Source: Harriotta raleighana (taxonomy: Eukaryota). Taken from it: a stretch of DNA of 64,000 bases. Position numbers and translations under genes: made by a program. Every line of letters begins with the position of its first letter. The first letter of the stretch is position 1. The stretch is from contig JBNZDD010013721.1 in NCBI GenBank assembly GCA_050575255.1, positions 6,330,548-6,394,547 of the forward strand, given 5' to 3'. This document shows, piece after piece, positions 34,853 through 49,954 of the stretch. Below the pieces are notes generated by a model, which saw only the letters and a program-made list of their open reading frames with translations, ran no database searches and was not told the origin of the DNA.

Positions 34853-37800
34853 TCCTCTGCTCTAAACCAGATAAGTGTCTGACGCTCTGGGGCATGCTGG
34901 GTGTTTACCTGGCGTCACTATAGGTGGGGCGCCTAGATGCAGAGCAGCATGACACGGACTGACACGAAAATCTATGCTTGATTTTGCGGTGTTCTGAATC
35001 ACGAACCCTTCTATTTGTTACAGTGAAGAGTTCATTAACGTTTAGAGCTGTAAGAGACCAGGAGCCATATACTTCCCACTGAAGCGAGAAGTGTACCTGA
35101 GAGGAACGATCCCCCACACTATTGTGGGTGAAAGGGGCTTTGGATGTTTGGCAAATATTTCTGCACTATTCTGCTAGCCCACAGCATGAGGCAGCGAGCA
35201 GAGTGATGGGAAGAGAGATAGAGTGGGGGGTGGGGGGAGGTGGGGTAAAGGGCCAATCACATCTCGGGCCCTCCCAGATCTTGGCATCCTAAACCATGGT
35301 TTACATGTTTATTAGTGATTCTGACCTTGGCCCATAGTCACAGTCACCTATCTTTTTCCTATACGTGAATCTATATATTATCTAAATTGGTCACTTATCA
35401 ATACAAAGTGATGCAAATTTCCAGCATGGACTGGTTGAGCTGAGTGGGCTGTTTCCGTGCTTTACGTTCTTTGCAATTGCTTTCAGTGACTCCTCTGAGC
35501 TATGGAGAGGGAAATAAACCCTTGTTTGAAATGTGTACAGTTTAAGAATGGGTTTAGGTTATCTTATCTACTTGGAGATATAATATGGGACGTGGATTCT
35601 TGAGAATATTTGTTTAATTATGCTCAAGGGTTTTCAGTCTAATGCAGTTTAAGCAAAAGGATTGAAAGTCTGGAGTTACCACAACCCCATCTATGTGTAC
35701 TCACAATAGGCGATTCTTATAACAAAGCCTTTGATTTATTTAATATAAATCATAACCAAAACCAGACATAGTGAAGGTAATTTACTAATCTCCTCAAACA
35801 TTGAAGCCAGCATGAGTTTGTTGATATTATGCCTTGCATGACTCACCTTAGTGGCCAGGTGTCTGATGTCTCATTTCATTGTTGAAATCTTGCACACCTG
35901 CGGACGTATCTGAAAATCTATACTTGATTTTGCAGTGTTCTGAATCACGAACCCTTCCATTTGTTACAGTGAAGAGTTCATTAACGTTTAGAGCTTGTGC
36001 CCTAAATAGTGACTAAAGAAAATCTTGTTGAAATTGTTAAGTGCCAATATTTATAGCTTCTATCTATTGCAATCAGAAAAATACAGGTAGTTTATTTTTT
36101 CAAAAATTACTTTACCAACTTTTTTTAAAGATTGAATTAGTTCCCAAATAGCCTGATCTTATACTAATTGAGGGATTGTGGGATGGTTTGCAGCCACAAT
36201 AGATATTGATTGGTCTTCCCTCTGGCAAAGAGATCAATAATAAATAACAATCTTTGCATTTATTATAGCACCTATAATGTTGGGAGGAAGTCCTGAAGCT
36301 TTTCACAGGCTTTGTTGTAAAATGTAGTTACAGCATATTTTGTAGAACATGGCATCCAATTTATGCACTGCCCTACAAATAATCATGACATGAATGACCA
36401 TTTTTAACCAGTGGATTTTTGGCCCAAATAAACTGCTTGGACTCTGGATGAAATTAGTCATAGCTGTTTGTGGCACAATTGTGGCATGCAAATTGGCTGC
36501 CAAGTTCACCTTCAAATGTGGTTCAGTAAATCCGGTGAAACGCTTGAGACATACCAACAATGTGATAAAGCAAATATCTACCAAAATATACCCCATGAAG
36601 ATTATTCTGTTCAGGGTTAAATATAGATTTCTGAAGGTTCTGATTTAAAGTCTTCCTGCACTCCATGAGAGACATCAGCAGCAGTGAGTGCAAATGTGGT
36701 GTTCAGGAAATTGGAATTTAATTTAACTCGGCTTCAATCCAGACTGGAACACTTCTCCGCTTCCCCCTCCAACTCAAATAATCACAATCCAAAGTCTGAA
36801 GTGTGTCAGTCATCAGTAGAACAGACGCTACTAGAACAAATAGGAAGCGAAACATATGCTTACATTAAACCATCAGAAAACTCAATTACATGCAGCCAAA
36901 CAACTGGTAGGGTGCTCAGATACAACAAACTGCACTGCCAGGGAAGAGTATCTTTACCAACTGAACCACCAAGAATCTGTCCATGTTCGCCTTACAAACA
37001 CAGAGTCATTATACATTATAGTTGAAATCAAATGCTGCATTTGAGACACAACATGAAAGAAACCAGGTCAAATGCAAGCATACTTATTTCTTATTTATTT
37101 CTTGGATCAAAGGGTGGGGGTGAGTGTGAGTTTGGAAAGTAATTCCAAGGTTACATGCGTCAACAAAATTTCCAGAATACAGTCAGCCTCTGCAGCAGTG
37201 TCATTAGAGCAAGGTGGGTCTGAAGTACTATAGGGCATTGCTAATGGCAGCTTAGCCAGCCTGACTCGTTGGCGAGGTGTGGTTGCACTAAGGGCAGGAA
37301 TACTTCCCGTGCAGCTCATGTTCAGCCTGCAAGCAAAGCCCAACCCCAGTGTGTGTGTGTCAAGATACTGTTGGTGTCTAACCGACTAAAACCGCATAGC
37401 TTGCTGTTGGTATTGCTTGGGAAACATCAATACCTGAGTTAAAGAAGAAGGAGGAATTCCTCTCCTGATTGCTGTGTAGTGACACATACTTGAAAATACA
37501 CATAAGTGGACATCATAAATAATGGTAATAGGCTCAGCTGTGATTTCCTCTTCTCCCTCATGGTCACACATGTAGAATGGGCACTTCAGAAATTCCGATC
37601 TGTGTTGCGTACAGACATTGATGCTCAATGGCATTTTCTTGTTCCAGCATATTCATCAACTGTGGCTGGAATTTTAATCCATAGCAGAGGAGGCGACATT
37701 TGTTTTTGGGTGTTGGGGGTGGGGTTGGTTGCGGGGGGTGGGGGGAGAGAGATATGTCAATCTTTTAATTTTAACCAGAGGACATCAACTTCTCCTGAAA

Positions 37801-40800
37801 ACTATGCCAATTGATCATCAGCTGTCTCTATGTGTACCGTTGCTTTTGAAGGTTTGTAGCAGGCAAATGAAAAGAGGACTTAAACAAACAAGAGTGGACT
37901 GGACTGCAGTTGAGGATTTATGAGAAATGGCGTGATTACATGCAAATTGTCCACCCTCCCCAGCTGCCGTACACCATCTCTCCTGCTACTTTGCACCAAT
38001 GCTCCCTTAATTCCTTTAATTCTCCTGCCAAAAGGCTGCCATGTAATCACAGTCAGGGAGTCCTGCTATGAAGAGACAGATCAGGCAAACATTATCCACT
38101 CTTTACTTGAAGAAATGTTGAAATTGTTTCCTAATGGACTTTCCTTAATCCTTGGTGCATGAAGGTTAAAGGGCCTGACAAAACCAGGTATGAAATTCAT
38201 CTTCATGGCTTTGTTTATCTTGTTAGCTGTCAAGATATGGTACAGGTTACATATTTTGCAGTGGTGTGAGTCAAGTTTACTTTTGAACCATTCAAAATTA
38301 GCATGGTTTTAAAGTTAACATGTTTTCAATACTATTTGAATTTAACTTTAGATAATCTCAAACTAATGCTGTATGTTTCAGACATTTTAGTGCAGAAACT
38401 TATCGGGTGGAACAAAAAGCAAATGGCAAATCTAATTTACTGAAAATTCTTTCATATTTAACACTGAGCCTATAGATCTGTTAATAGGAGTCTCTGGACA
38501 AGCAGATAAAGTTGAATTGATTACAACAAAGCACTGGTATTTCAGACCCACTTGGATTCAGACACAAATTGGGAGGAAAATTTTATCTCATCTTAGTTGC
38601 AAGACCTTTTTGACAAAATGATTATTCTTAAACTCAGTCCTAATTTGTTAACTAAAGAAAATAACCAATTTCCAAATAAAGACTGAACTCCATAATTCTT
38701 ACAGACTTGGTGGAATTTTGACCCTCTGATTCTAAAAGGCAGTTGTATTTCACAAGATCACAGGATTGGTTTGGTGAAAGAAAGCTATTAAGCCCATCTG
38801 ATCTCATCCTTCCAGAACACCCACTTTACTGTTCCTCCCATCACGGTTTTATACTGTAGTTTAAATGAATTGCCAGCCAGTTGTTCAATTTGACATCCTT
38901 TTGGGTGAATATTACCATTGCGCTTGCACTTTGACCTCCTTAAGCCCCTTCGAAACTGATAGATTTATAATAAACACATCATAATAATTCTTTCCAGAAA
39001 AATATATGGGACACTGCTCTGTGCAATTGGCTGCACAAAATATGTAGTCAATTCACTTTACAGTGTATTCTGTGAAGCTTTTTGAGAGTCTCAAAGCTTT
39101 GATAGGTGCCAAATCAAATGCAAGAATTATTATGATTATGTTGGAGTTGGGGAGTGCACATTCACAAATCCTAATTCCAGAAAATATGGTGACCATGTTG
39201 CCATAGCCCTTGTTCCTCTCATAGAAGCCTTATACCCTTAGAACTCCACCTTATCTCTGCTTGTCACATTATCTATCTGAAGAAGCTTCAACAGCAATTT
39301 GGAGGAGATTATTTCCTGACTTTCACAAATTTAAACTGTACAGAAATCTCAAACACCTTTACAATAATAGTCTCGGATAGGAGAGTTGTGGGTTGGTTTC
39401 ACACCATAATGTCAGATAACAAGAGAAATAAATTGGAGCACAATCCAAGGAAATGGTCTAAATTCAGCAACGGAACAGCAGAGAATCAGAAATAAATGAA
39501 AGCAGACTGATTCCTCGCTTTGTGAATTATGTTCTCTCGACTTGTACCTTATAATGTGCAACGTAACTTCTCTATATCGCAATAATAATGTGGGTTGTTC
39601 TGCATCCCTCGTTTAATCTGAATGACCGTCCATTCCCCAATGAGAGCGAAATATACTTTCATATGATCAACATGAACTCCTGCAACGATTTTCCAATATA
39701 AATCTACATTGACAAGATAAATCATTTGTTGAAAGCATTACCTGGAGTGAAACAACTAGATCAGGAAAATGTAGGGCTAAATGATTATTCTGATTCATCT
39801 CAGTTTAGAGCAAGCAGCCTTGTGCCAATTAGGATACAGGGTCCTTGCCATTGAAAAGATGTACTGTTTATAATTATCGGCATAAAATACCCTCAGCTTC
39901 CAGACTAACAGATCCAGAATAGTCACATGCGATAGATGCCAGAGAAGAGAAAATAAGAGGCCGGGTGGGGGTAAAGTGCCTTGGGTCGTCCTCCCAACGC
40001 TTTATAAATGGAATTTTGTTATTGTTGTTGTAAAGCAAAGTGTTTCACTAAAAATGTATCGGTAATTCAAATTTAATAAGTTTCAGTGAATTCACTTCTA
40101 GAAACAAATTTTACTTTTCTCTTCAAGTTTGTTCACCAAATATTTACAATAGTTTCCCCATCGCTTCTTGAACCATGGTGTCTACTTGATTGCTTGTTTC
40201 GGGTTTCATGTTCCACTCCGAATCCAGGTGATTCTTGCAGTCAGTCAGGTGTCTGCCTGTTTGCTTGTTATGTGAAGGCCTTGTATGTTCTCCTGTAAGC
40301 CCACTAAAGCTTAGAGATCAGATTTCTGACAAGCTGCGGCTTGCGGCTCTGTTCCTTATGACTGCAGCGGCCCGTGCTATTCTACACTCCAGCACGCCAC
40401 ACAAAAACACTGTCTGCATTTTCATCTCTGCAAATTGTTTTAGACACTCTCAGTGCCTATTTCCTTCCCCATTCTGATATTTATTATCTTCCATCACAGA
40501 GATGATAATACATCTTGCGTGTGTGAGCAAATGAGAAAGATTCCAGTTTAGACTGTAGACTATCCACAACATGATCATAAGAGAAATTCACTGGAAGAGG
40601 ATGTCTTCACAAAGCCCTCACTTTCAAAGCCCTCCATTGGCATTGCTAATCCCTATCTCTGTGACCTGCTTGGGGTACATTTCCTTACTCTACACACCTC
40701 TGTACAACTAGCCAGTAAGTAGGAGCTTTTCTGGGGCAATACATCCCTCAAACTTCCAATAATAAATTGGTTATTCAATCACATGACTGTTTTTGGAACA

Positions 40801-42544
40801 CTCCTGTATACAATTGGCAAAATACACAGTCAATTAATTTTATGGTATATTCTGTGAAATGCTTTGAGACATCTCAACAATGTGACAAGATGCTATCCCA
40901 AATGCAAGGATTATTATAAGCCTTTATAATAAAGCTCTCCAGCTCATATTGGCAATATTGTATAATTTTCGAGAGCCAATTTAAAGGAACACTTCATGTT
41001 TCAACAAATTCTTATGTCTTCCTCAAGAAAAATGACTAATCACATCCCGCATAAAATAAAGATGATCTGACAGATTAACTGTTATTTCTTTCAGACTTAG
41101 TGGAATGAGAAAGATATACAGTAGCTGCTATGTCTCTTTATCACTCACTTCAACTGCAAAAGGTGACACAACTCTGCCTTTCATAGGACCTCCTTGATCC
41201 CTCCCACCTGCAGTCTCCTGTTCCAGTATTTCTGCCAGAACTGCTGTTGAGTTTCAGCGAACAAGAGAGAGATACTGAACATGCAAGTTATGCTTTTACA
41301 CATTACCTGTCGTTAATCGTCTGCCAAGAACACAAAGAAGACAGACACAGGGTTCATGAGGAGGAAGAAAATCCACTCTGCAATCTTGGCAGCTGAACAG
41401 TAAGTACAGTACTGTACCTGATCAGTATTTGTGTATGTGATCAGAGTTGTGCCAGATATAAGTGGGCAGAAAGAGAATCAATTTCTGTTCACCTGTGTAT
41501 TGCAGGTTGGAGTATTTATTACATGTGTTGGAAGCTTTACAGAGCTTGCTTGGTAGGAATGCATGAAAATATAAATGTTTTCATTTCAGAATGACATTTG
41601 TACAAAAGATAATGTATTCTTTGCCAGAGTTTGTATGAATCGAAACTGAATTTTCTCTCACGCACCAGTACATTTGCTGTACCAACACAAGCTATCCTGG
41701 ATGCTACCCAATGTGAAGGGTGCAGTAACTCCAATTTGTTGTTGTTGCACTGACTGAAAGAAGTACTGTGGCTGAAGAACAACATTTTAAACTGGAGTCA
41801 CTGGCACAAAACTAATGCTACTTGGTGCTTATCTCAGGTTGTGGCTGCATTGAGATTTGGGGGGATTTTAAAGTTGGCCTCAATGGTGCAGTGTGTGTCT
41901 TTGTGTTTACCTGAGTTTGACTATAGGACAGCTTCAACAATGCTGTGTAATTTGAACCAATAGAATGTCTTGAGTAAAATGCTGTCTCCTTCATCACCTT
42001 GCTACCTTTTTTGGATTGGAAAGAGCTGAGTCCTAACAGCTCTTTCAATAGAACACAAACAAATGAAAGCATAAATCGTAGTCCGTTTGTTCACAGAGCA
42101 CACAATTTGGGCATCACATTCACCTCCCTGTGCATAAAGATTTCCCACTGACAGATATAGAATCAGAGCTAGCTGTTTGCTAGCATTTCTGCTTTACATT
42201 GCAAATTCTCCTATGGCTGCTGTTCATGTCAATCCACAAGACAGAAAATGGTTAATTATCTATGGGAAAGTCAGAGGAACATCCCTTACTTGACTCAGGA
42301 TGTTTGGGTCACAGATCTATCTAATAACTCTGTGCAAATCGAGCAAGTGTGAATAGCGCATTGATGAAGAAGAAATGGCATCACTGTGTGAAGCAGAACA
42401 TGGGGATATGAGATTATTTGGTTGGCTGGAAGAAGACAGTTTAAAGGATTGAGTGGCCATTTATTTTGGGCCTCAACAGTATCGTATGTGTCTCTGTGTT
42501 GTCTGAGCTTGACTGCTTTTTAAGGTTGGAGCCATGTTTTTAAG

Positions 42545-43020
42545 CCTGTCTCAGTTGGTATCACCCTCACCTCTGAGCTCTTTGTTGGGAATGTGAGCCC
42601 ACAGTCTAGACTGACACTCCAGTTGCCATCTTGCGGATGAGGTATTAAACTGAGGACATCTTATCCTCCTGTTCAGGTGGACATGAAAGATCCCTTGATA
42701 CCATTTGAAAAGAGAAGAGATTTTCTCCTGGTATCCTGGTCAACATATCCCCCAGATAAATATTGATAATAATCTTTGCATTTAATATAGTGCTTTTCAC
42801 GTCTTCGAGACATCTCAAAGTGCTTCAGAGAATATACTGTACAGTAAATTGACTATGAACGTGGGTGAAATGCAGCAGCCAATTGTGCACAGGAGTGTCC
42901 CACAAACAGTTGTGGATTAAAATGATCAATTTATTATTGGTTTTTTTGGAGAGATTATTAGGCGTGTGGAGTAAGGAAACTTGCCCAAGGTTTTGCCCTA
43001 ACAGGAATCAATCCCAGGTC
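42545..43020. mobile_element. Old DeuSINE 5' half (+, 42545-42755) abutting a younger SINE (-, 42766-43020)
   Basis: Motif matches to 146-550 and to 56267-56591 respectively. Confidence 0.7.
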
Positions 43021-43535
43021 AATAAAGTTTGCCATTCACTTCATAGCTGTTTGTAGAACATAAAATTGACAAAATACTAGTCGTATAAGTAAGTTCTTTG
43101 AATGCTTTGAGACATCCTCTGGATGCGTCAGATGCCGCATTAAAATGTAAGTATTATTATGGCAGCATTCTTTATTACCCTCTTCTGTTTAAGCCGGCCC
43201 CTAATATGCTCTTGTGGCTTCTCAATAGAAAGTCACCCTTAACATCCCTTTAGGCTTCCATAGAATTGGTAATATTGGACCCTTTAAGGAGTGAAATCTA
43301 TGATTGCTTGCAGCTTGAATTGTTCAGCTCATAATTTTTATTTAACGCGTGGGTGAAAAGCTGAATCTCTATTGTTATTTTTGTGTGGAGCTATTGTATG
43401 TTAAGCTTGGAGAGAAAATAGTTTGGATATGGCAGAGTTGCAAAGTTTAAGTGGTATGCTTGAGTTATCTGCAGTTTTTATATGATATCTACCAGTCTCC
43501 ACCTATCCTGGAATTACTTCTAAGTTTTACCAATA

Positions 43536-43875
43536 GAGTAAAACCCTGTTTATCCAGCACCCTGGGGGAGGTTGACTAATTGACGGTGCCGGATAAACGG
43601 GAGACAAGTTGCCGAAAACCCAACATAAAAAATGAACTTATTTTAAAACATACCATGTTAATAATAGACTGAATATTAACAGAATATTGTATGGATACTT
43701 ACCAATAAAGCATTTTTTACCGATCGGTAAAAACCCAAGTTCATAAGTTTAATAAGTGCGCATGTTTACGCATTGCACGCATGCGCAAAGTGAGCAAATT
43801 CGCGATTGCTGGAATGGGGAATTGCCCCGGGAGGGGGTCAAGCAATCCGGTTGATCGGGTCACAGGGTTTTACTG
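43536..43875. mobile_element. Tigger/pogo-like MITE, related to 20557-21516
   Basis: TA|GAGTAAAACCCTGTTTATCCAGCACCCT ... CAGGGTTTTACTG|TA; shares internal ...ATAATAGACT.AAT..TAACAGAATATTGTATGG.TACTTACCAATAAA. Confidence 0.8.
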
Positions 43876-46800
43876 TATATTGCTTGCAGGCTTTGTTCTG
43901 TTTGCCTTTAAATTGTTCCTTTTCATGAAGACAGGGTGAAAAAATCTAGTCAGTCAGTACTACAAAGTGATGCTTTACTTCCAAGCAAATTCAAGGTACA
44001 GTACAGTAGTTTTTTTTAAAAAGAAACAGATGCTCCCTAAATGCGTTGTAAATTGTTAATCTTTGTTTCCTGTGATGTAATGAAGTACAGTCACCAGTTT
44101 GTATACATTGCAACACAACAGGAAGTGACTCTAGCATTTATATTATTTTAAGACGATTGTCCTTCCCTCCTTATACAGTTCATAATCAAACACTGTTATG
44201 GGTTCATTATTCCAGGGAATATTTGCTATATTTGCTCAAGCATGTTACCAACATCAGCCTTGCGCTCTGCATACAGAAACTGTGGCTGTTACTTTCTCAC
44301 AATTGGCTGGCTCAAAAGGCAACTGGAAGTGCTGGCCAAAGTGTTGGAAGTTCTTGGCTCAGACCTGGGACATAAAACAATTTATTGGAATAGATGATCT
44401 TATTCTTGTATATTAACTAATGTTCCGTCTAATACTTAATTTAACAGTAATAATGCTTCCATTTAATATAGCGCCATTCATGTTGGGAGAACTTTTCAAA
44501 GCACTCAAACATTTTACTGCTGTGTAGTGATTGTCTATTTGCAGGCAACCTCGGCAGCCAATTTGCACACAGCAGTGTCCAACAAACTACCTATTCTATC
44601 TGGGCGATTGTTGACCAGGATACGGGAAAACCTCCCTTTTCTATTTTTTGAACAGCATGTGTCTGTTTCACAAGCAAACCGATTCTTTCATTTGAGACAA
44701 CTTTCGTAAATAGGTCTCTGGTACCATCACAATTATTTACATTACAAAAGCAGATTGGACAAAATTCACAGTTCACAGATTCACAGTTTTCTCAGAATAA
44801 TTTAAATTCAGATTTTGTTGGTGGTGTAATGCTACTGTAAACTTGGAGAGGGAATCTTCAAGAAATGGTTCTCCACTCTACCAGCTGTTATTTTTGGAAT
44901 AAAATCATCGCACTCATTCAGTCATATGTGGAGACAGTATTCCCTGTGTTACCAAAAGTGGGCTGAATTTGTCAAATCTGTACTGCAGCCAAATGCATTG
45001 AAATTTCTGACAGTTGAATTTCTGCAAAAGAAGCCATTGTTGCAAAGAGCTAACAAGCACAGATTGTTCAGCATTGATCTGAAGTATACTGAACAATCTG
45101 GGCTTTTACTCTCTAAATCTACCTGTGCATCTTTAGGTACCTTCATCCTCAAATCTCCCTCTCTCTGCTCAGTGCTCCCTGAGCATTTTGAGTCGTTCAC
45201 AAATGGTTTTAAGATAAATAAGTCATTGTTGATTATTTATCAAGAGGATTAATTCCAGCCTTTCACTAGAACCTCTAGACTGGTCACCAAACTCGAGAGC
45301 CATATGTTTGTGAGTCCCATCTCTTTCTGCACAGCAAACAATCAACATCAAAGCAAGCCTTGGCAAACACTGTACTAAACTCAACTAGATTTTCACCATT
45401 GAAGAATGGGGCGACTACCGACAGTGCATATGTAGGCTTGTTTATATATATTGAATCTACTTATATATAATATACTAAATTAACCGTGAAAATATTTTTC
45501 AGAACTTTTATAACTCTTAATTAAAATAGGGTAACAACAACCAAATTAAATTTATATTGCACCTTTCATGTTGGGAGGATGTCCCAAGGTGCTGGACTAA
45601 AATGTCATATTCAAACGAATCAAAGAATAAAGTCATTTTCCAAACTGTTGCCACATCTGTGTGTAATAGCCGACTACTAAAGGATACTGTTAAAAATGGA
45701 GCGGTCAGAGCTGAAGCACTAAAATAAGGAGTGCCCTTGAATTTTCAACAGTGATTCAGATGAAATTTAGTGGGCGGCATAATCCTTCCACACCTTGTCT
45801 ATTGGTGAGTGGAGTGATTCATGTACCGCACCTTTTCTGTGTTATGACTGGAGGCTACAAAGTTTTGGCTGTGGATGTGAAATCAAATGCAGGATTAGAT
45901 TGTTTCCTGCGTGGTATGGATCGTCTATGTGATGGAACGCTTATAATTTGTCTCACACCAAAACCACAGGTACTTGATTTTGTTTCACTGCTATGGCATT
46001 ATCCACCTCTCAAAGTGCTATCCGAAACCATTTTGGTGATTTTCAAAGTATTGGGCGTCACAAAATATACAGTCAATTCTGTGAAGCGTGTTGAGACATC
46101 TCAATGACAAGATAAGGCCCAATATCAAATGCAAGGATTATTATTATTATCACAGTGAAATCACAATGACAGTACATTGAGTTCTGTAGTAACCCACACA
46201 ATATTAAAAGTAATGTCCATGGAACATGGCAGTATAATTCGTCATGAAATGAGCAGCTATGGTATCCCACTTCAAAGATTTGTAAATGGTTTACGCTAAA
46301 TAGTAAGGTTTTCTCTTGGGCATGTCTATTCAATAGGCAGGTGAGACTGTATATTCAGCTCAGACAGATGAAACATACGTTTAGAATGACACGGAAATGA
46401 CAGATTAGTTGGGCATAAGCAGACAGAAATCATGGGTGCAAGAGTGAATTGACATAATTTTGTCTTGGAGAATGTTTGTCATGGATGCGATGGTCGATCC
46501 ATCAATCAAATAACAAGTGGGTTCCTACTTACTGCTAGGTAGACATAGGAGTGGTCAGGGAAGCATTTACTCAACAGTGAGTGATGTCGTAGAAACGTGA
46601 TTAAAATGTACTTAGGATTTAATTTTGCATCCGATTGTTTTCTTTCAGGGGCAACAAAATCCTGCAGGGAAACTAGGATCTAATAAATGCAATAAATACA
46701 TAAAACATATTCTAATTTCACACAGAATATAGTATAAGTTTGTAGCTAAATATCCTGCTGTTTTCCCCCACTCGATCGCTGTTACTCACTGGACAATATA

Positions 46801-47214
46801 AGAATTGTACAGAAAACAATTGTGGACTATACAGTACTGTATTCTTAGCACTGAATTCTCTTGTTGTGGGCTGTGCTCAGCAGTGTGGTGCTCATGTGCT
46901 GTGCCACAACTTGGGTTTGGAACTGATTCAAAACCCCATGAAAAGAATGATGTTGCATTGTACTTGCTGAAAGTTAATTGCAAAATTCTAGGGGATGTGA
47001 ATGCAGATGAATTATTCATGTGTCCAGTGTAGACACTTACGACGTTGAGGCTGGTCAGAAGCTAATTGTGTTAAGAATCCCTTAAGTAAGAATATCCCGT
47101 GTGGAAGAACATTGATATATTTTAACGTGTGTTGTAGAGGAACATATGTTAATATGTTATACTTATGTTTATCCATAAACATAATTTATTTTTATACTTT
47201 GATATATTTATACC

Positions 47215-47375
47215 CCCTTCTTAAGTTGCGCCTGAAGACTTTCCTCTTTGACCGTGCCTACAATCATCTCCCCCCTTCCCCTGGCTCGGCGCCATGTACT
47301 GCCACTGTCAAGCGCTCTGGGACACTACCCTGTGTGAAGGGCGCTATATCTGTGCAAGCTACTGTTATTGTTGGC
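47215..47375 (+). mobile_element. L2 LINE 3' end
   Basis: CTGAAGACTTTCCTCTTTGACCGTGCCT...AAGCGCTCTGGGAC...GGCGCTATAT. Confidence 0.65.
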
Positions 47376-48643
47376 TATGAATGACGCACAGTGTAATTCT
47401 GGACAGGGCCAGTGGATTGAAATGGACTGTGCGTTCCTCTAACACACTTCTGACACAGTTTGAACTTTATCTCCTGAAAATTATCAGGACTTGTGGAATT
47501 AGTGGAGTATTATACCTCGCATGTTGTGTGCCCAGCCTTAAAATGTAAACAATATGCACCTGGGAGCAGTAAAATGGTTGCCTGAGTCCCGTATTACAGT
47601 CGCTCTGGCACACCCCACCGTCTGTTACTTGTGAGCAATACAGGTCTAGTTTCATTTGTTTTTCTCTCTCTGCTGTTGGTCTGTATTTCTGCTGTCGGCA
47701 GCTGCCAGTGTGAGAAACACCTGTTTGCATGCACTATCTTTAATCTTCGCACATAAACAATATACTGATAGACAGGCTGCTCGGAATCCCACAAGTTTCA
47801 TTCTGCTACATATTACGATAAATTAGAATGGTTCTTCAGGTACTTATCATTATATCTTTCAGGTCAACTAATTGTACCTTCAATCCATATCCTGGGTGGG
47901 TCAACTTGAGTGATTGTGATGATGTGTTAAGTTTTTGTTTTGATCTGTGCTGTGAAATGACCTGACCTCACAGGATCACAAGATTGGTTTGGATGAAGAA
48001 TCCTTCCAAAAAATCCACCCTAACTATCTTCTCATCAGAACATCAAGCTGTTTTTTTTAAAAAAAAATGAGATTGGAAGACGCATTATAGTACATCATCT
48101 ACATGTATATTCTGTGAAGCGCTTTGGGACGTCGATAAGATGTGAAAAGCGCNAAAAAAAAAATGAGATTGGAAGACGCAGTATAGTACATCATCTACAT
48201 AGCTTGGATACCATCCAATTAAATACAGATAGACTTTGAACAATACAATTATCCAACAATCGACTTTGAACTCTTTGCTGCTTCCTCCCTTGATCACTTG
48301 GCTTTCCTACTCATAATAATAATAATCAATGTTGCATTTCAAATCGCAGCACATCAAGTCCTTGAAATGTCTCAAAGCACTTCTCAGGATATACTGTAAA
48401 ATGGATTGGGAGTTCAAGGTGAGAAGAGAGTTTCTCCTGGTGTCCTGGCTGCCAATCGCCCAAAGATAGTCGGTCACTCACTTCATAGTTGTTTGTGGGA
48501 CATTACCATATACAAATTGGCTGTGGCATTTGCCCACAAATTACACAGTCACACCACTTTACAATATATCCTGAAGCATTTAGCGACGCTTTGACAATGT
48601 GATAAGTCACTATATCGAATGTCAGTATTATTATTTTATTATT

Positions 48644-48952
48644 GGAGTCCTGTAGTTCAGTAGTTAGAGCACTCGTTTTATAAGCAGAAGACCTGGGTTT
48701 AATTCCAGGCAAGGTAAAACCTTGGGCAATTTCCTCACTCCACATGCCTTATAATAATCCCTCAAAAAAAGCAATAATGAATTGATCATTTCAATCGGCG
48801 ATTGTTTGTGGGACTCTGCTGTGTGCAATTGGCTGCCGCAATTCGCCTACAAATATACAATCAATTCACTTTACAGTATATTCTGTGAAGCCCTTTGAGA
48901 CATCTTGAAATGTGAAAAGTGCTATATCAAATGCATGCATTATTATTGTTGT
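48644..48952 (+). mobile_element. Full-length tRNA/Deu/L2-tail SINE (preceded by a partial copy at 48395-48640)
   Basis: Collinear with the family consensus. Confidence 0.85.
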
Positions 48953-49954
48953 TATTTAACTCTCTTACTATGGGCTGTGGTCAGCAGTGAGTCTCTTGTA
49001 GTATATAACCACTTAGTTTGGAATGGACTCAAATGCTAATGTTTTATTACATTTACTGAGAGTCAACAACAGATTTTTGTACAATGTGAATACCAGCACA
49101 CCAATAAGCAAAGTAAACTTAGAACTCATATTTCACCACTAAGTGCCCAGAAAAGTTTCCGATGTGTTATTTGTGAACTGCGTATCTTTTAACGGCTTTG
49201 CACGCAATTATATAATTCCATGTAATGACTCAAAGCATTACGGGATTTGCTGTAAATGAAATGCAAACAAATTCTCATGTTTTTCTCAAGAGTCTTTTAT
49301 CAATTTGCAGCATTCCCAAAACTCTGAACCTCACAAGGAGAAAAAATCTATTTTTCTTCCAAATATACAGGGTGACCAAAAAGTCGGGATATCATTGCAA
49401 TGTTTATCTAATAAATCTTAAAGAAATCAAGATTTCTTTTAGATAATAGGTTAGCTGAAAAATTGGGCTTTTTGTTCACCTAGTATTAGTGTACTAGTGA
49501 TTTAATTGTCCAGTCCAGATAATCTACAACACTATTTACATTTATACTTTATGGCGTCTTTCACATTGGGAAGATGTCTTAAAGCATTTCATTTATTGTG
49601 AGGATGACTTGGGCATAGGCTTTGGACACTAAACTTGCCCAAGAAATGTAGGTATTATGTTGAGGCAAAATATTTTGCCTAATTATAGCTCATAACAGTG
49701 ACCTTTTTGACAGCTCTGCCTTCGGCGAGCTTTGAGTTTCCTGAACCAAACTATCTTGTTACCATGGCAATGGGTCGTTTATTGAACGCAAAATGTCTTA
49801 GCCTCTTTACCTGATGGCCTTTTGCTCCCGTGCTTGCCTCACTTAATGAGCCAGCCGCCACATTATGTGGAAATGACATATCATTTATTTACTCTTGGTG
49901 ATTGTTCACACTCGCCCATCGAATTCTCCATCTGCCTGTGAGGAGTCTTAATGA

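Noticed and set aside
36684-37343. 113-aa and 78-aa ORFs
   Set aside because: Non-ATG starts, no recognisable domain and no consistent splice structure.
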